NCBI GenBank assembly: GCA_963785305.1
Contig: CAWAUV010000009.1
Span: 128,001 to 192,000, forward strand
Length of the DNA: 64,000 bases
Direction: 5' to 3'
DNA from: an uncultured Planctomycetaceae bacterium
GTDB taxonomy: Bacteria > Planctomycetota > Planctomycetia > Pirellulales > PALSA-1355
The notes under the pieces: generated by a model
Databases searched by the model: none
Seen by the model: only the letters and a program-made list of their open reading frames with translations
What the model was told of the DNA's origin: nothing
Shown here: positions 1 through 12,925 of the stretch, one piece after another
Layout: each line of letters begins with the position of its first letter
How positions within the stretch are numbered: position 1 is the first letter of the stretch
Made by a program: the position numbers and the translations under genes

Positions 1-1741
1 GGCGGCGGCGCGCTCGAGCGCTTCGGCCGCCCGGGCCTGTTCGCCAATCTTTACCGCTAACTGGCGCCGCTCGGTGTCGGCGATGGCGGCTTGAATTTCG
101 GCCGCTGCCCGGTCGACCGCTTTTTCGGCGGTCTTGGCGGCGGCTTGCGCTTGAGCCGCGGCGGGCGATTGAGCCGCGTCTTGCTTGGCGGGGTCTTGTT
201 TCGACGCCTCTGGCTTGGCGGCTTCGTTCAGGGCGGCCGACGCTTCGGCCGCGGCGTCTTTGGCTTGTTCGAGTCGGCTGGCCACGGTCGGCGGCAAGAG
301 CTCATGGGAACTGGCGATCTTGCCCACGGCGTCGGCCACCGCATGCTCCTTGGCGCTCGCCGCGGCCGGCTCGGGCTTGGCGGCGGCCGTGGCTTGATGC
401 TGCTCGGCTTGCGCCGGGGCGATTTGTTTGGCGGCCTCTTTAAGCTGATCGAGCTGCTGGGCCAGTTGATCGGCGCTCATGTCGGCCGAAGCCGGATCGG
501 CGGCGGTCTGCAATTGGTTGGCGATCTCGGCCAGATTGCCGAGCACGGCGCCCTGTTCCTTGATCGCCTCCTCCGTCTTGTTTTCGAACAGCGCGGCGGT
601 CGCCTCTTGGGCCGCTTGCTTGGCTTGCTCGACCAGCGGGGTCGCGGCCGGCGCGGCGGCCAGGGCTTCGCCGAGTTGATCGAGTTGCTTGGCCAACTTC
701 GATTGATCCTCGATCAGTCGTTCCATGGCCTTGTCGTCTTGCGGCGCGTTTTTGGTTTGCTCGCGAATCTGCTCCTCTTGCTTCATGAGGGCCTGCACCA
801 TGCGCATCGCGTCTTCGTTGTCGGCGCCGATGATGCCCTGCGTTTGCTCGATCTTTTCAAGCAACGCCTGCAGGCCCTTGATGACGGCCCGTTCGCCGCG
901 GGCGGCATCGTCGAATTGGGCGTCGTCGAGCTTGGCCGCGGCGGTGTCGAGTTCGACGCCGACCTGGGCGGCTTTGAGAATGCGAAGCCCATCGGCGGCG
1001 CCGGCGCCGACCGGTCCACCCAGGCGCTCACATCGGCCAGCGTGTCGACCAGCCGCGCGAAGAGCGCTTTCACGTCGCGCTGATCTTGCGAGGCGCCGAG
1101 CGTGAGCGTTTCTTGTTGCAAGCGGGGCTGCTCGGGAATCGACTCGGTTACGCGGAGCACGCCTTTTTCCAACTGGATCAAGCGGCGAGTTTGGGCCGAA
1201 AGCTCGGCGACTTTCAACCGGCGCAAAAGATTCTGCCGCTCGACCGAAAGTCGAATCACGATCTCGCGAATCTTTTCGCGTGCCTCGCCGACGCGAGCCT
1301 TCCGCTCGGCAGGCGCCAAGCTCTGGGCTTCGACCAAAAGATCGACGACTTCCGCCATCTCGGCGCCGATCAGCTTGTCGATGTTCTCGCGCATCGAGGC
1401 GATCTCGCCATGGATCGGGAGCTTGTCGAGACCGTTTTCCTTGAGCTGCTTGAGTTGGATATCCAAGATGCTCGAAATCAATTCACGGGCCATCGCTCGC
1501 GCGCGTTGCTGCGCTTCTTGCTTGTGGCGGAGCGATTCGCCGCCGGCGGGGCCCACCGCATTGCCGGCGCCGGAAGTCTTGGAAGCTCCGGGCTTCGAGC
1601 CATCGGCGGCGCGAGCCACCGGCTCGCCGGCAATGGCAAACGACAAGCCCAAGCCCAAAGCCAGGACCATGAGCATGGGCATGGGCTTTAGAGACCACGG
1701 CGACAGCCAAACGATCGACTCTTTGCGCGGGGCTTGCTCAT
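1..1741 (-). CDS. Large exported/membrane-anchored coiled-coil protein, last visible gene of the vWA operon (runs off the window; frameshifted)
   Basis: ATG at 1741 overlaps the upstream TGA (ATGA). Hydrophobic N-terminal segment (MLMVLALGLGLSFAIA) then Ala/Glu/Gln/Lys-rich helical sequence in ORF 783..1754, continuing in another frame to the window edge. Confidence 0.6.
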
Positions 1742-3474
1742 TTCTGATCTCCAATGCCGAGTTGCCGGGTGATGATGGCGTCGAGCTGGCGGGCCGAGCG
1801 CTCGTCGGCTTCGGAAATCGCCGCCAGCACGCCGCTTTCGTCGGTGACCTGAAGCACGACCGGTTCGCTTTGCGCCGACTGGCCGGCGCCGCTCCCTCGA
1901 TAGTCTACCGCCTCGAGCGTCACTTTAAGCTGATCGCCCTTGGATAATTTGAGCGGCGATAGCGAAAGACGGTAGCTGTCTTTGAGTGGCAGGCGATCGG
2001 CCAAGAGCGGCTCGCGAAATTCGTGGGCCACGAGCGGCGGCAGTTCGAGCACGCTGCCATCGGGACTCGTTTTTTCCAGCCGCACCAGCACGTGCGCGAG
2101 CCCGAAATCGTCGGTCGCGCGGTATTCGATTTTCGGTCCGGCCGTGGGCAGCACATATTTCGTGACCACATCGGCCACGATCCGCGGTCGTTGGTCGGCC
2201 TTGATCCGCACAAAGCCCTCGATCGGATGCTCGAGCCCCAGGCCGTCTTCATCGACCACTTGGGCTTCCCAGCGAAGCGGCTTTTCGACCCGGGCCAGCG
2301 GCGTGTGCTCGCTGGCAAGCGTCCAAAGTTCGGCGGAGGAAGCATCGGTCTTTGTCGCGGCGCCAGACGGGCTCTTTCCAGGTCCACTCTTCGTCAGCGG
2401 GTACTTCACTCCGTCGATCGTGAGCCAAGCTTCGGTCAGATGCTTGTTGGCGCAGCTGAGCCGCGCCTCGATCTTCGAGCCCTCGATCACCGAAAGCTGC
2501 CGCGAGCCGGCGCTGCTTTCATTGGCCACGCCGCGGGCATAGGCCGGCGGAATCGGTGTCATTCGCGGCTCGATCACCGGCAGCGGCACAACCAAGAGCT
2601 CGAGCGGATCGGTCCAAGCGTCGCCGAGATAGAGCTGAAACGCGAGCGAGTCGGTGAGTTTCGAGAGTTGCCCCGCATAAAGCCCCGCGGCGGCGGCGGC
2701 TTCGTTGGGGCTCTCGATCGGCGCCAGCTCGACGCGAGTTTCCGCGCCGCCGGCCAATGTGCGCAGATCGGCGCGCCCGCGGCGGGACGCTCGCCCGAGG
2801 TCTCGACCACGATTTTCAGCGGCTCGCCATAGGGTGTCTTGACGCGACCCATGTGGCCGGGCAAAGCGTCGATCTCGCGGCCATTGACGAGCACGCGCTC
2901 GATTTCGGTGGCCGTCGGATAGTGCGCGGCGCCGAGCATGAGTCGATCAAGAAACGCGGCCACGTAGCGCGGCGCAAGCGCCACGAACAGACCCAGGGCC
3001 AGGACCGAGCCGAAGAGCAGCGTCATGCGGCGCGACACGTCGCGGCGAGGAAAGCCATCGAACACATTCCAGCTTTTGCCGAATTCGGCCACATAGTCGA
3101 CCACCGCGGTTTCGAGCCGCGGCGAGCCCCAGTTTCGGGCCGCGGGGGTCTCGAATTGGAGAGCGGCCACGAGGTCGCTATCGATTTTTTGCTCTCGCTC
3201 GACCAGCAGGGCCATGTCGAGCTCGGTCTCGCGATGCCCGAACCAGGGCCACGCGAAGCGCCGCGCCGCCCAAACGACTGCCGCCGCGATGCCGAGCAGC
3301 AGCACCACGCGCTGGGAGCGGGTGAGCAGCAGCGAATAGTCGATGCCCATCGCCACGGCGAGCGACCACAGCGCCGCGAGCGCCAGCGCGGCGTGGGCCA
3401 TGCCCCAGCGCGACCAGTTGGCGGCGGCGGCGGAGCCGAGCGAGTTGTGCCCGAAGCGCGGAGAGTTTCGTCAT
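1738..3474 (-). CDS. Membrane protein with N-terminal TM helices and Ig-like extracytoplasmic region (DUF4175-like; frameshifted)
   Basis: ATGA-coupled start MTKLSALRAQLARLRRRRQ; ORFs 2574..3401 (TM helices, ALLVEREQKIDSDLVAALQF) and 1738..2757 (ATDDFGL motif) join across indels. Confidence 0.65.
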
Positions 3475-6040
3475 GGCAAGTTGATCATTTTTCTGAAGAA
3501 CCATTCGCCGATCAGCAGCGCCGCCATGAGCCCGAAGCCCAGCCAGGTGTCCCAGACCTGAAACACCTTGGTCGAGGTTTCTTCTTTGACGATTGGCTTG
3601 GATATCGTCGGGCAACCGTTCGGCCGAAGCCAAGTCATAGGCTCGGCCGCCGGTCGAGGCCGACGATTTCTTCTTGCAGGCTGGCGTTGCGGGTGGCGCT
3701 GCGGCGCTCGGCCGAGAGGCTGGCCACCTGGAAGCCCACCTCCGAGGTGTCGCCGGTCACGGGGTCCTTCACGCGCGCACGATACTCGACCGCCGTCGGG
3801 CACATCGGACGCGGGCCTCGAACACGCCCTCGCGGAGCGGGGTGATCGAAAGCTCGCTGCGGCTCGGCGCCGGTCGACGAGCGCTCGGGCGGCATCAGTT
3901 CGGCCGGCAAGCGGTGGTCGGGAATTTTGTCTTCGCCCAGCGGCTCGAAGTTCGCGTCATAGGCTTCGACCGTGAGCACCACTTTATCGTCGACCTGATA
4001 TCGCGGACGATCGGTGCGCACGCACGAATCGCTTCTGGCTGCCGAGGGTGTGGCTGAGGCCGAGGCGATGGATCATTTGTCCCCAGAACTGGCGATAGTA
4101 AAGTTCGCCGTATTTGCGTCGCAGCCGCCAGGTTTCGTCGAAACCCAGATACACGACCTCGCCGCGGCCATAGCGGCGCATGGCAATGAGCGGCTGGGGA
4201 GTCTTGCCATCGACGCACATGTCTTTCGGATGCACGGCCAGGGCCGTGGCCAGCGGATGCAATCGCGAGACGGGTTGATACCAAGGGAGCGGCCCCAGGT
4301 TGAGCCAAGCCTTGCGATTCTCGGCCCCGTCTACACCCAGTTGCATGAAGTCGAATTGCTCGGCGGCCGGCGTCATTTGCAAGATGAACTCTTTCTGATC
4401 TTGCAGTTTCGCCGCCGCCATCGACCACGACCGGCAACATGTCGGCCAGCGGAGTCGACGCCAACTGGCCGGGACCAAATCGCGGACCGCCGATCACCAC
4501 CAAGCCGCCGCCGAACTTGCCGACGAACTCCTTGACCAGTTCGCAAAAGCGCGAATTGAGCGACCCGGCCGGCATGTCGCCGATGAACAGCACATCGTTG
4601 GCGAAGAACTCGCTTCGTTGCGGAGTGAGCGTCGGCAAAAACAATTCGTTCGTCGTGCGCACCTTGGGATCGGCCGAGCGGAGAAAAGTGCGGAAGCCGC
4701 GAGGGCCGACCAGCTTGTCGCGATAGAACACCTCCTTGATGAATCGCCATTCCCAAGTGGGTTCGTACTCGACGAACATCAGCCGCAAAAAATCATCGCG
4801 AATGTTGACTTCGCGCGTTGCGCGGTTGTTCTGATCGACCACCTCGCCCGACACGACCGGAGTCTCGGCGATGAGCTCGAAGTGGCCGGTTTCCTCGGGT
4901 GTGAAGGGAAATTCGATCGATTGCGTGGGCCCATGCAGCTCGACCGAGCGCGTGCCGATCACGAAGGTGTCGATGGCCGACGGCGAATCGCTCAGCGCGC
5001 GCCGAGCCGCCGCGCGGTGACGCTCACCGGCGCCGATTGGCCATCGAGCCCGGTCTGACGCACGACGACGGTGACCGTCGCTCGCTCGGCTTTTTTCATC
5101 ATCGGCGGCGCTTGCAAGTCGATCGCCAGATCGAGCGCCGTCGTGGGGCCGACGCCGATCGTGTAAATCGGCACATTGAGACTCTTGGCCTTGGCCAGCG
5201 GCGGCGGGCCCGAATTCTGATCGAAGTCGCTCACCACCACCACGCCGGCAAGACTACCCATCGCGTGGCGCGAGCCAAGGTCTTCGAGCGCGGCGCCCAG
5301 GGCCGTGACTTGACCCCGAGTCGTGAGCTCTTCGGACCAGCGGCCGAAATCAATGCGATCCGTTTGGCCATCGCCCGATTCGAGTCCGGCGACGGCGTCG
5401 GGCCGCTCGAACACGAAACCCTTGAGGCGGAACTTTTCCTCGAGCTTCGCGAGCACATTGCCATCGCGCTTGCGCAGCCAAGCCCGCACATAGTCGGCCC
5501 GAGAGTGGCCGAGCTTCGAGTCGTCGAGCTTGGCGTCGCGCGGCGTGTCGGTCGCGGGCGCTTTCAAGGGTTGCTCCGCGACTTTCTCCGCGGCGGGCGC
5601 GGGTTTTATGTCGGCGGCGTCTTTTGAAGCGATGTTCGAGTCGACGCCGGTGGCCTCATTGAGCCGGGTCGCTTCGGCGGCGGGAAATTCATCGCGAATG
5701 TTCATGCTGTCGGTGCCGTCGAGCAGCACCCATACCAGCGGTCGCGGCCGGTTGCCCACCACCACGCTTAGCACCGGATCGGCCAGGAACAAGAGCAAGA
5801 GCGAAAGCGTGAGGGCTCGGGCGACCCCCAGCGCGATGCGCGCCGCCCGCCGCCCGCGCGGCTGGCGCTTGATATAGACGAACAGCGCCAGAAACGAGAG
5901 CGCCACGCAACCAAAAAACACCCAGCCGCCGGCGCCATGGGCCCAGGGCGCGGCCAGCGATGGCGTGATTTGGCGGATCGAGGTCACGTTTTCCAGGCCG
6001 AGCGCAGGCCGACGAGCTCCATGAGGTTCAGCGAGTTCAT
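3471..6040 (-). CDS. vWA-domain / class I glutamine-amidotransferase-like membrane protein (several frameshifts)
   Basis: ATG at 6040 overlaps the previous stop. MIDAS-like LLDGTDSM, VVVVSDF, GGGLVVIGGPRFG, GRGEVVYLGFDETWRLR and C-terminal TM ending EWFFRK, spread over ORFs 4992..5987, 3895..4962, 3984..4478, 3635..4021 and 3471..3803. Confidence 0.75.
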
Positions 6041-8555
6041 GGTGTTTGCTCCCGAGCCGAACGGGGCCAAGCCAGGATCGCCATTTCCACCAGCAGCGCT
6101 CCGAGCACCGCGGCGAGCAGCCACTTCCACATGGTTTGCCCGCTCACATGCGCCCCGGCCACGCTGATCGCGTCGCCCGCGCCCACCCAGCGATAGCGAA
6201 GGCCCTCGCCCACGCGTTGCCGCAGCGCCGGCTCATCGAGCGTCGCGGGTTCCGATTCGCGTCCTGGACCATTGACGGCGAAGGTCGTCTCCCAGAGTTT
6301 GGCCGGCGCGTGGCTGGCATCGGCGCTGCCGTCGCCCTTGGTGGCGATAACCTTGTAAACGCCGCGATCGAGCGCTCCGCGCACCGTGACGCCATAGAGA
6401 TCGGCGCCGAGCGCGTCGACCGAAAGCGGCTGCTCGGCGCCATCGGGCCGCACGACGCTATACGACGCATTGCGCTCCGTGATCGGCAAAACAAACGCAT
6501 CGACCGCCATTAGATTTCGCGTGGGCAGCGTGTTTTGGAGCATGCCGCGCAGGAGGCGATCGACCATGAGCATCGCGTTGGTCTTGGGCAGCGTGTTCCA
6601 GGGACTCAGCATGCCGCTGGCCATGAACACGACGCGCCCTTGGCCGATGGCCCGTTCGACGATAAATGGAATTTGATTGTCGAACGCGGCGAGCAGATGC
6701 GGTCGCTCGCGCTCGGCGCGTTTTTCGGGCGATTCGCCATGGCCCAGCTCGCTCTCGCGTTCGGCCCAAGCGAGCCAGTGCGGGTCGATCTCTTGGCGGC
6801 GGCGTTCGTCTTGCTCGCGCTCGTGGCGCATCGCGTCGGTGAGCTGGCCTTTGGCTTCGAGTTCCGACCAGTGGCGAGCGCGCTGGTCGGCGGCGGCGAG
6901 AAAGTTTTGTTCCTCGGCGATTCGCCGGGTTTCGTCGGCCTGAAGTTGCGCGAGAACTTCGGCCGAGAGCTCGGCTTCGGCGGTTTTGAAAAACACCGGC
7001 TCGCCATAGAGGGCGGCGAGCTCTTCGTCGGAAACATCGGCCAAACGAAAGTCGTCGTGGGTCATGCTTTTAAACGCGAGCGAAAACGGCTTCGCCTCGC
7101 GGGGTGATTCTTCCGGCGTTTTGCCCCACAGCCGCGGCTTGAGCGGCGCGGGAGCAGGCCCGCGCCATCGAGCCAGGCGGCGCGTGTCCAGGCCGCGGGA
7201 TCGAAATCGGCTCCAGCCACGATCAAAAGCTGCCCGCCTTGCCGCACGAAGTCTCGCAAGAGCGGCACGCTCGTTTCCGGACTCGCCACTCCGGCCACGA
7301 CCACGAGCCGGGCGTTTTCCAACAGCGGTCGGTCGACCTGATCGATGCGCACATGCTTGATCTCCACCAACTGCCGGGCCGCGTCGCCGCGGCTGGTCAC
7401 CGGGGCGAGCAAGCGCCGCATCTGCCGCGACTCGCCGTAGCGGTTGCGCTTCGGGTCCTCGTCGTCGCCCAGTTGATCGACAAACACCACCGGCAGCGCC
7501 GCCACGACCGGAGCAATCAGATAACGCGCGTCGTCGGCCGGTTGGCGATCGGCCGGAATCGACACCTTGACCGGCGTCGAAACCGGCTTGCCCGGCTCGA
7601 CCGCGAGATCGAATTTATAGTGAAACGTGACTTCGCGGCTTTGTCCCGAGGCAAGATCGATGTTTTGGCTAGCCACCTCCACGCCATCGACCGTGAGTGT
7701 CACCGGCACATGCTCGCGCGGCGCGCCCTCGAGCCGCACCACGGCGGTGAGCGCCGCCGGAGTCTCGACATCGGCCAAGCCGTCTTGCAAAGCGAAGCTG
7801 TCGATCCAGGCATTGTCGGGTTCGCCGGCCGCGATCGACACGACTTGCATTTCGGGCAATTCGGCCCCGTTCAAGGCGCTCGCGGAACCTTCGCCACCCG
7901 ACCGCGAGTCGGCGAGCGACCGGGGCCAGTCGATCGATTGCTGGTCGCCCAAGAACACGAGGCGCGTGGCGTCCTTGAATTCCGGCGCCCGGGCCTGGGC
8001 TTCGCGGCCGGCGTCGATCGCGGCGAGAGCCGACACGGAGCGGTCGACGGTTTCGATCCGGTCGAGCGCGTCGCGGGCGTCCTCCTTCGCGCGATAGGGA
8101 TCGAGCGCGAGCGGCGCCGCCGAGCCCGCGAGCGGGATCACGGAGATGCGGCTGCCTTCGGGAATCGCCTCGATGAATTCCTTGGCCTTGCCGCGGGCCT
8201 CGTCGAGCAGGGTGCGGCCCAGCGTTTCATGGCTCATGCTCAGGCTATTGTCGATCGCGAGCACGGCATGGATCGGCTGGCTATCGTCGGCTGCGTGGTC
8301 GGAGGTGGAAAACATCGGCCGAGCCAGCGCGAGTCCGAACAGAAGCAAAGCGGCGGTCCGCAAGACCAGCAGCACGAGATCGCGCAGTTGCAAGACGCGA
8401 CGATTGCGGCGCACGGCTTCCAATAGGAAATCCATCGCCGCCCATTCGACGACCTTGAACCGGCGACGATTGAGCAAGTGAATGAGAATTGGTCCGGCGG
8501 CGGCCACAAGGCCGGCCAAAGCGAACACGCCGGCGCCGGGAGCAAAGTTCAACAT
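6037..8555 (-). CDS. BatA N-terminal + vWA domain protein (frameshifted near 7140)
   Basis: BatA motif PILIHLLNRRRFKVVEWAAMDFL...LALARP, MIDAS DNSLSM, C-terminal TM (WKWLLAAVLGALLVE) in ORF 6037..7065. Confidence 0.8.
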
Positions 8556-8599
8556 GCTGAAGACAACTTAAAAACAGACGAGGATGATGAAGAATATTG

Positions 8600-8747
8600 G
8601 CCACGGAAGGACACTGAATACACGGAAATCAAAATATTACAACCGATATGTTATCTGTCTGTTAAAGAGTAGCAACCCCGCATGCAAAAGCCGTCGACGA
8701 TTGCTATTTCAAAGTCTTTTTCCGTGCCTTCCGTGTCATTCCGTGGC
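8600..8747. repeat. AT-rich intergenic element bounded by inverted (C)ACGGAA / TTCCGTG(G) repeat clusters (REP/MITE-like)
   Basis: gccacggaaggacactgaatacacggaaa at 8600 and tttccgtgccttccgtgtcattccgtggc ending 8747 are imperfect reverse complements around an AT-rich core. Confidence 0.7.
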
Positions 8748-8790
8748 AAAATCTTTTTTTAACGATGAACTAGCGGTCGGCGCCGCGTAT

Positions 8791-9941
8791 TCACTGGCTT
8801 TTTGCTTGGAATTTATTGCGGAGCGAGTCGATCTTGCCTTCTTGCAAAATGGGAAGGTAGCGATTCGGAATCGCAAGAATAAAGCAGGCGACCGCCGTGC
8901 CATACAATTCGCCGGGACGGCCGCCGAGATGTCCGCCCGATTGCCAGACTCCATCGCGGCGAGGATCCTTGGCGTCGGACACTTGCGATTGGATCAACAG
9001 ATCGCGCAGCTTGGGATAGTTTTCCTTCCAGGTGGGCCCGCCGACTTGATAGAGCGCCTGGCCCACGTAGTAGAGCGTATAACCATCGAACGGCACCTGG
9101 CCGCTGTGCGCGTTGGGCTTTTGTTCGTTGATGCCTTTGATCACGGCTTCCATGCTCTTGGCGATGCGCCAGTCGTCGTATTGACCGAACTCTTGCATGC
9201 ACACCACGCCCGCGGCGGCCATGGCCACCGTGGCGCCATCGCCGCTTCGGCCATAGGTGAATTGGCCCGGAACCGCTTGCTGTTCGGCCTCGCTCGCCTT
9301 GCGCTGCCCGCCAGCGGGAGTGTAATGATCGCGCACATCGCGAATCGCCGACTCGATCACTTCGGGCGGCACTTCGAGCCCGCTATCCACCGCGGTCGCA
9401 GCGCCTTGGCTTGCATCACGGCGAGACTAAGGTCGTGGCCATGCGACTGGCTCTTGGCCCGATAGTCCCAGCCGCCATCGCCGCACTGAGTGTTGGCGAT
9501 CAGCCGCAGGGCGCGCTCGAGGCTGGCGCTGATCCGCGGATCGTTGGTCATGCCATCGGCTTGGCCGAGCACGAAGGTCGAGAGGCCATGGTTGTACATG
9601 TCGCGCTGCGGATCGCCCACATTCAACAGGCCGGAGGGACGCGCGTTTTGGAGCACATAGTTAAGGGCGCGATCGACATTCTGGCCGTAGCGGCCAATGC
9701 CGGGCGTGTGTCCGGCGGCCAGAAAGGCCAAGGCGCCGGTGCTCACCACGCCCAGATCGTTCGAGTCCCAATTGCCTTCGGCGCCCTGATTCGTCGACAG
9801 CCAGGCCAGCCCGCGGCGCAGGGCCGCTTCGCTCTCGGGCGTGATCTCCCAATCGCCTTCGGCCCGGCCTTGCGAGGCAAACGCCAGGAGCGACAGCAGC
9901 GCTGCCAGAATCGGCTTGATCGGTCGCGCGGTGCGTGCCAC
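8791..9941 (-). CDS. Prenyltransferase/squalene-oxidase repeat protein (frameshifted near 9390)
   Basis: QW-like repeats LAWLSTNQGAEGNW and LIANTQCGDGGWDY; MYNHGLSTFVL; ends RYLPILQ; signal-peptide-like start. Confidence 0.85.
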
Positions 9942-10230
9942 GAGCGGTGCTCCGGAGCGGGGGACGAGGAAAACGAGCGGCGCCCGGCAAACCTCCGCTG
10001 CTGGGGACCGCGCGGACAGGCCCGGGAAATAGGCAGGGGCGCCATGTTCGTATTTTAATATGACGCTTCAGCCGATTCGGTTACGCGGCGGGCGAAAATA
10101 TTTTTTCCAAAGGCCCAGCGATCGGGGCCATTTTCGTGGAAATCGAGCCAAGCCATTTGCTAGGGTCCTGGCTCCAAGCCCCTGGCAATTCTCATTGTTT
10201 ACGCATCTTTTCGCCCCGCGAGGAAACTCC

Positions 10231-10790
10231 ATGACCCCGATTCGCGATCGTATCGTCGGCCTTCGCCGCGTGACCGCCAGCTCATTGCGGGCCAACCCGA
10301 AGAACTGGCGGACCCATCCTCAAGCCCAGCGCGACGCCCTGGCGCGGCGCTCGCGGAAATCGGCTTCGCCAGCGCTCTTTTGGCTCGCGAACTGCCCGAC
10401 GGGACCCTGGAACTCATCGATGGCCACCTGCGGGCCGAAACCGCGCCCGACGCGGTTGTGCCGGTGCTGGTGCTCGATGTCGACGAGCGCGAAGCCGCCC
10501 AACTGCTCGCCACATTCGACCCGCTTTCGGCCCTGGCGGGCGTCGACACCGGTGCGCTCGAATCGCTTCTTGCCGAGATCGACTTCGCCGAGCCGGCGCT
10601 GCGGTTGCTCGCCGAGTCGCTGCTCGAAAAAAACGATTCGCCGGCCGAGCGCGACCATTCGCAAGACAAAGACCTTGAAACACCGGAACTGTATCAACTG
10701 GTGGTCGAATGCCAATGCGAATCGGAGCAGCGCGAACTGTTTGACCGACTGCGGGCCGAAGGTTTTCGCTGCCGGCTCGTGAATCTTTGA
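10231..10790 (+). CDS. ParB/Srx N-terminal-domain protein (frameshifted near 10345)
   Basis: LRANPKNWRTH...ELIDGHLR motif of ParB-N fold; short C-terminal YQLVVECQCESEQRELFDRL domain; RBS gagga before ATG 10231. Confidence 0.8.
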
Positions 10791-10847
10791 CGGGCCCGGC
10801 GCCGCCGCGAGCCCGTTGTTTTTTCCCCCCGAAAGGATTCCGCCCCC

Positions 10848-12222
10848 ATGCCAAGGATCGAAGCGACCGTCGAGTGTCTGATACATGATAGTTTTCGCGT
10901 GCAACAAGTCGCGGGCATGTTCGATGTGCCGCTGGCCGAAAAGGCGACGGCCACGTTCGCGGTCGACGTGCCCGGCGTCGAGGAATCTTGGGACATTGGT
11001 CTGGTGGTCGGGCCTTCGGGCAGCGGTAAGTCGACGATCGCGCGCCGCGCGTTTGGCGACGCCGTGGCCGACCCCGGGACCTGGCCCGCCGATCGGGCGG
11101 TGATCGATTGCTTCGGCGACGCGCCGGGCCGAGAGATCACGGGCCTCTTGACCAGCGTGGGTTTTGGCTCGCCGCCGGCCTGGATCAAGCCCTACTCGGT
11201 TCTGAGCGGCGGCGAACGCTTTCGCTGCGATCTGGCGAGAGCATTGGCCCCCTGGGCTCGGGAGCGGTCGGGCTCGGAAACCACCACGGGCTCCGCGAGG
11301 CGCGATGCAAGCGACGGCGAGCTGGCCTTGCCGCCCGTGGTGGTGTTCGATGAATTTACGAGCGTCGTCGATCGGCAAGTAGCGCAAGTGGGTTCGGCGG
11401 CGATCGCCAAGGCGATTCGGGCCGGCCGGGTCGCATGCCGGTTCGTGGCGGTGAGCTGCCATTACGATGTGAGCGAATGGCTGGAGCCCGATTGGGTTGT
11501 CGATATGGCGAGCCGAACTTGCCAGCGGAGGCGTCTTCGGCGACCGGAAATTGTCATCGAACTTTTCCGCTGCCGCCATGCTCTGTGGTCGCTCTTTGCG
11601 CCGCATCATTATTTAAGCGGTTCGCTCAGCAAGATGGCGCGGTGCCATGTGGCGATGTGGCGCAGCGCCGGCTTGCTTTTGCGCCACGCTGCCGATCATT
11701 GGCCGCCGGGGCCACTGGCGCATCAGTCGGATCGTGACCTTGCCCGACTATCAAGGCATTGGGCTGGGCATGCGCGTGGCCGAAGCGGTGGCCGAGCAGC
11801 ATGTGTCCCAGGGTCATCGGCTCAATATCATTGCGAGCCACCCGGCGGTGATTTCGCACTGTCGTCGATCGGCCCGCTGGCGCACGGCGCGCGTCAAGCG
11901 GATTGGTTCGCGCCGAGCCGAGTTTATTCCCGGCTATCGCGGGGCGGTCGGCCGAGCGGTGGTGTCGTTTGAATATCGGCCGCTGGCAAGCGCGGAGACC
12001 GGCGGCGCGTCGGGGGCGAAAGCGAGCCGGCGCCCGAGTGACACACAGTTGTCACGGCATTGCCAGCATGGGGCTATTTTACGATCACTCGCTGATATAG
12101 TAGTTCCACGAAATTGGCCAGTAGGTCGGATTCCGAGCTTTCGAGGAGCACGTCGACTTTTTGATGGACGGCGCGTTTGTGGTTCATGGCTCGCACCGCG
12201 TCGGCGGCGCCTTCGAGCGTGA
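10848..12222 (+). CDS. ABC-type ATPase fused to a GNAT (Mom-like) acetyltransferase (frameshift near 11665; true end may be about 12040)
   Basis: Walker A GPSGSGKST, signature LSGGE, Walker B VVVFDEFTS, H-loop SCH; then HHYL and acetyl-CoA motif RIVTLPDYQGIGLG in ORF 11647..12222. No permease gene nearby. Confidence 0.8.
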
Positions 12223-12561
12223 GCGCTCCGCCGCGCCGAAGCGGCTATAGAGCTCGTCGAAGTCGGCTTCCGACCATCCGGCAAGCAGCTCCTGATGCGT
12301 GGCCAGCACTTCTTCCACCAACGGATTGGTTTGACGGTCAAACGCGCGATGGACCAGCAGCGACGGATCTTGAAACAACTCATCGACCGGCACTCCCAAG
12401 CCGGTTGCCAACCGATGCAAGGTGCGAGCCTGGGGCTTGTGCGCGCCCGCCAGAATCGCCTTGATCGTGTTTTCGTGCAGCCCGGTGCGGGACACGGCCT
12501 CTTGCACCGTGAGCCCGCTACGAGCCATCAGTCGACGGAGATTGGCGGCGTGGTCACGCAT
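12074..12561 (-). CDS. XRE-family helix-turn-helix transcriptional regulator (frameshift near 12230)
   Basis: NLRRLMARSGLTVQEAVSRTGLHENTIKAILAG...LATGLGVPVDELF; shifted frame continues GALTLEGAADAVRAMN...LLYQRVIVK* to TAG at 12074. Confidence 0.8.
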
Positions 12562-12925
12562 CGGGGCGGTTTCGGGCAGGTTAATGGAATTCGATATCGT
12601 GATGGGGATCGGCGGGACACCTCGCAAGCGCGGGTAAGCGCCATCGACCAGCGTCTCGCGCAACGGCGTGCCTTGAAGCGGCGCCTCATCAAGTGGCAAC
12701 CCGCCAAGCAAGGACATGCCCTCGGAATCGCCGCGGCGCACCGGGGAGCGCGGGTGTCGGGGGAATCCGTCGCACGGAGTGATGGGATCGGCGGTCAGGC
12801 CGGGAATGCGCGGAACCTCCCCCAAAAGCTTAGCTCGAAAAACGCGGCGTGGCCGCCGCTTCGCGGATTTTCGCCTCGAAGTCCGAACGTTCGCGTTCGG
12901 CGGCCGGCAGCCGAAATCCACCGGC

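Noticed and set aside
91..1083. Long antisense ORFs here and throughout the window
   Set aside because: Shadow ORFs of high-GC genes on the opposite strand.
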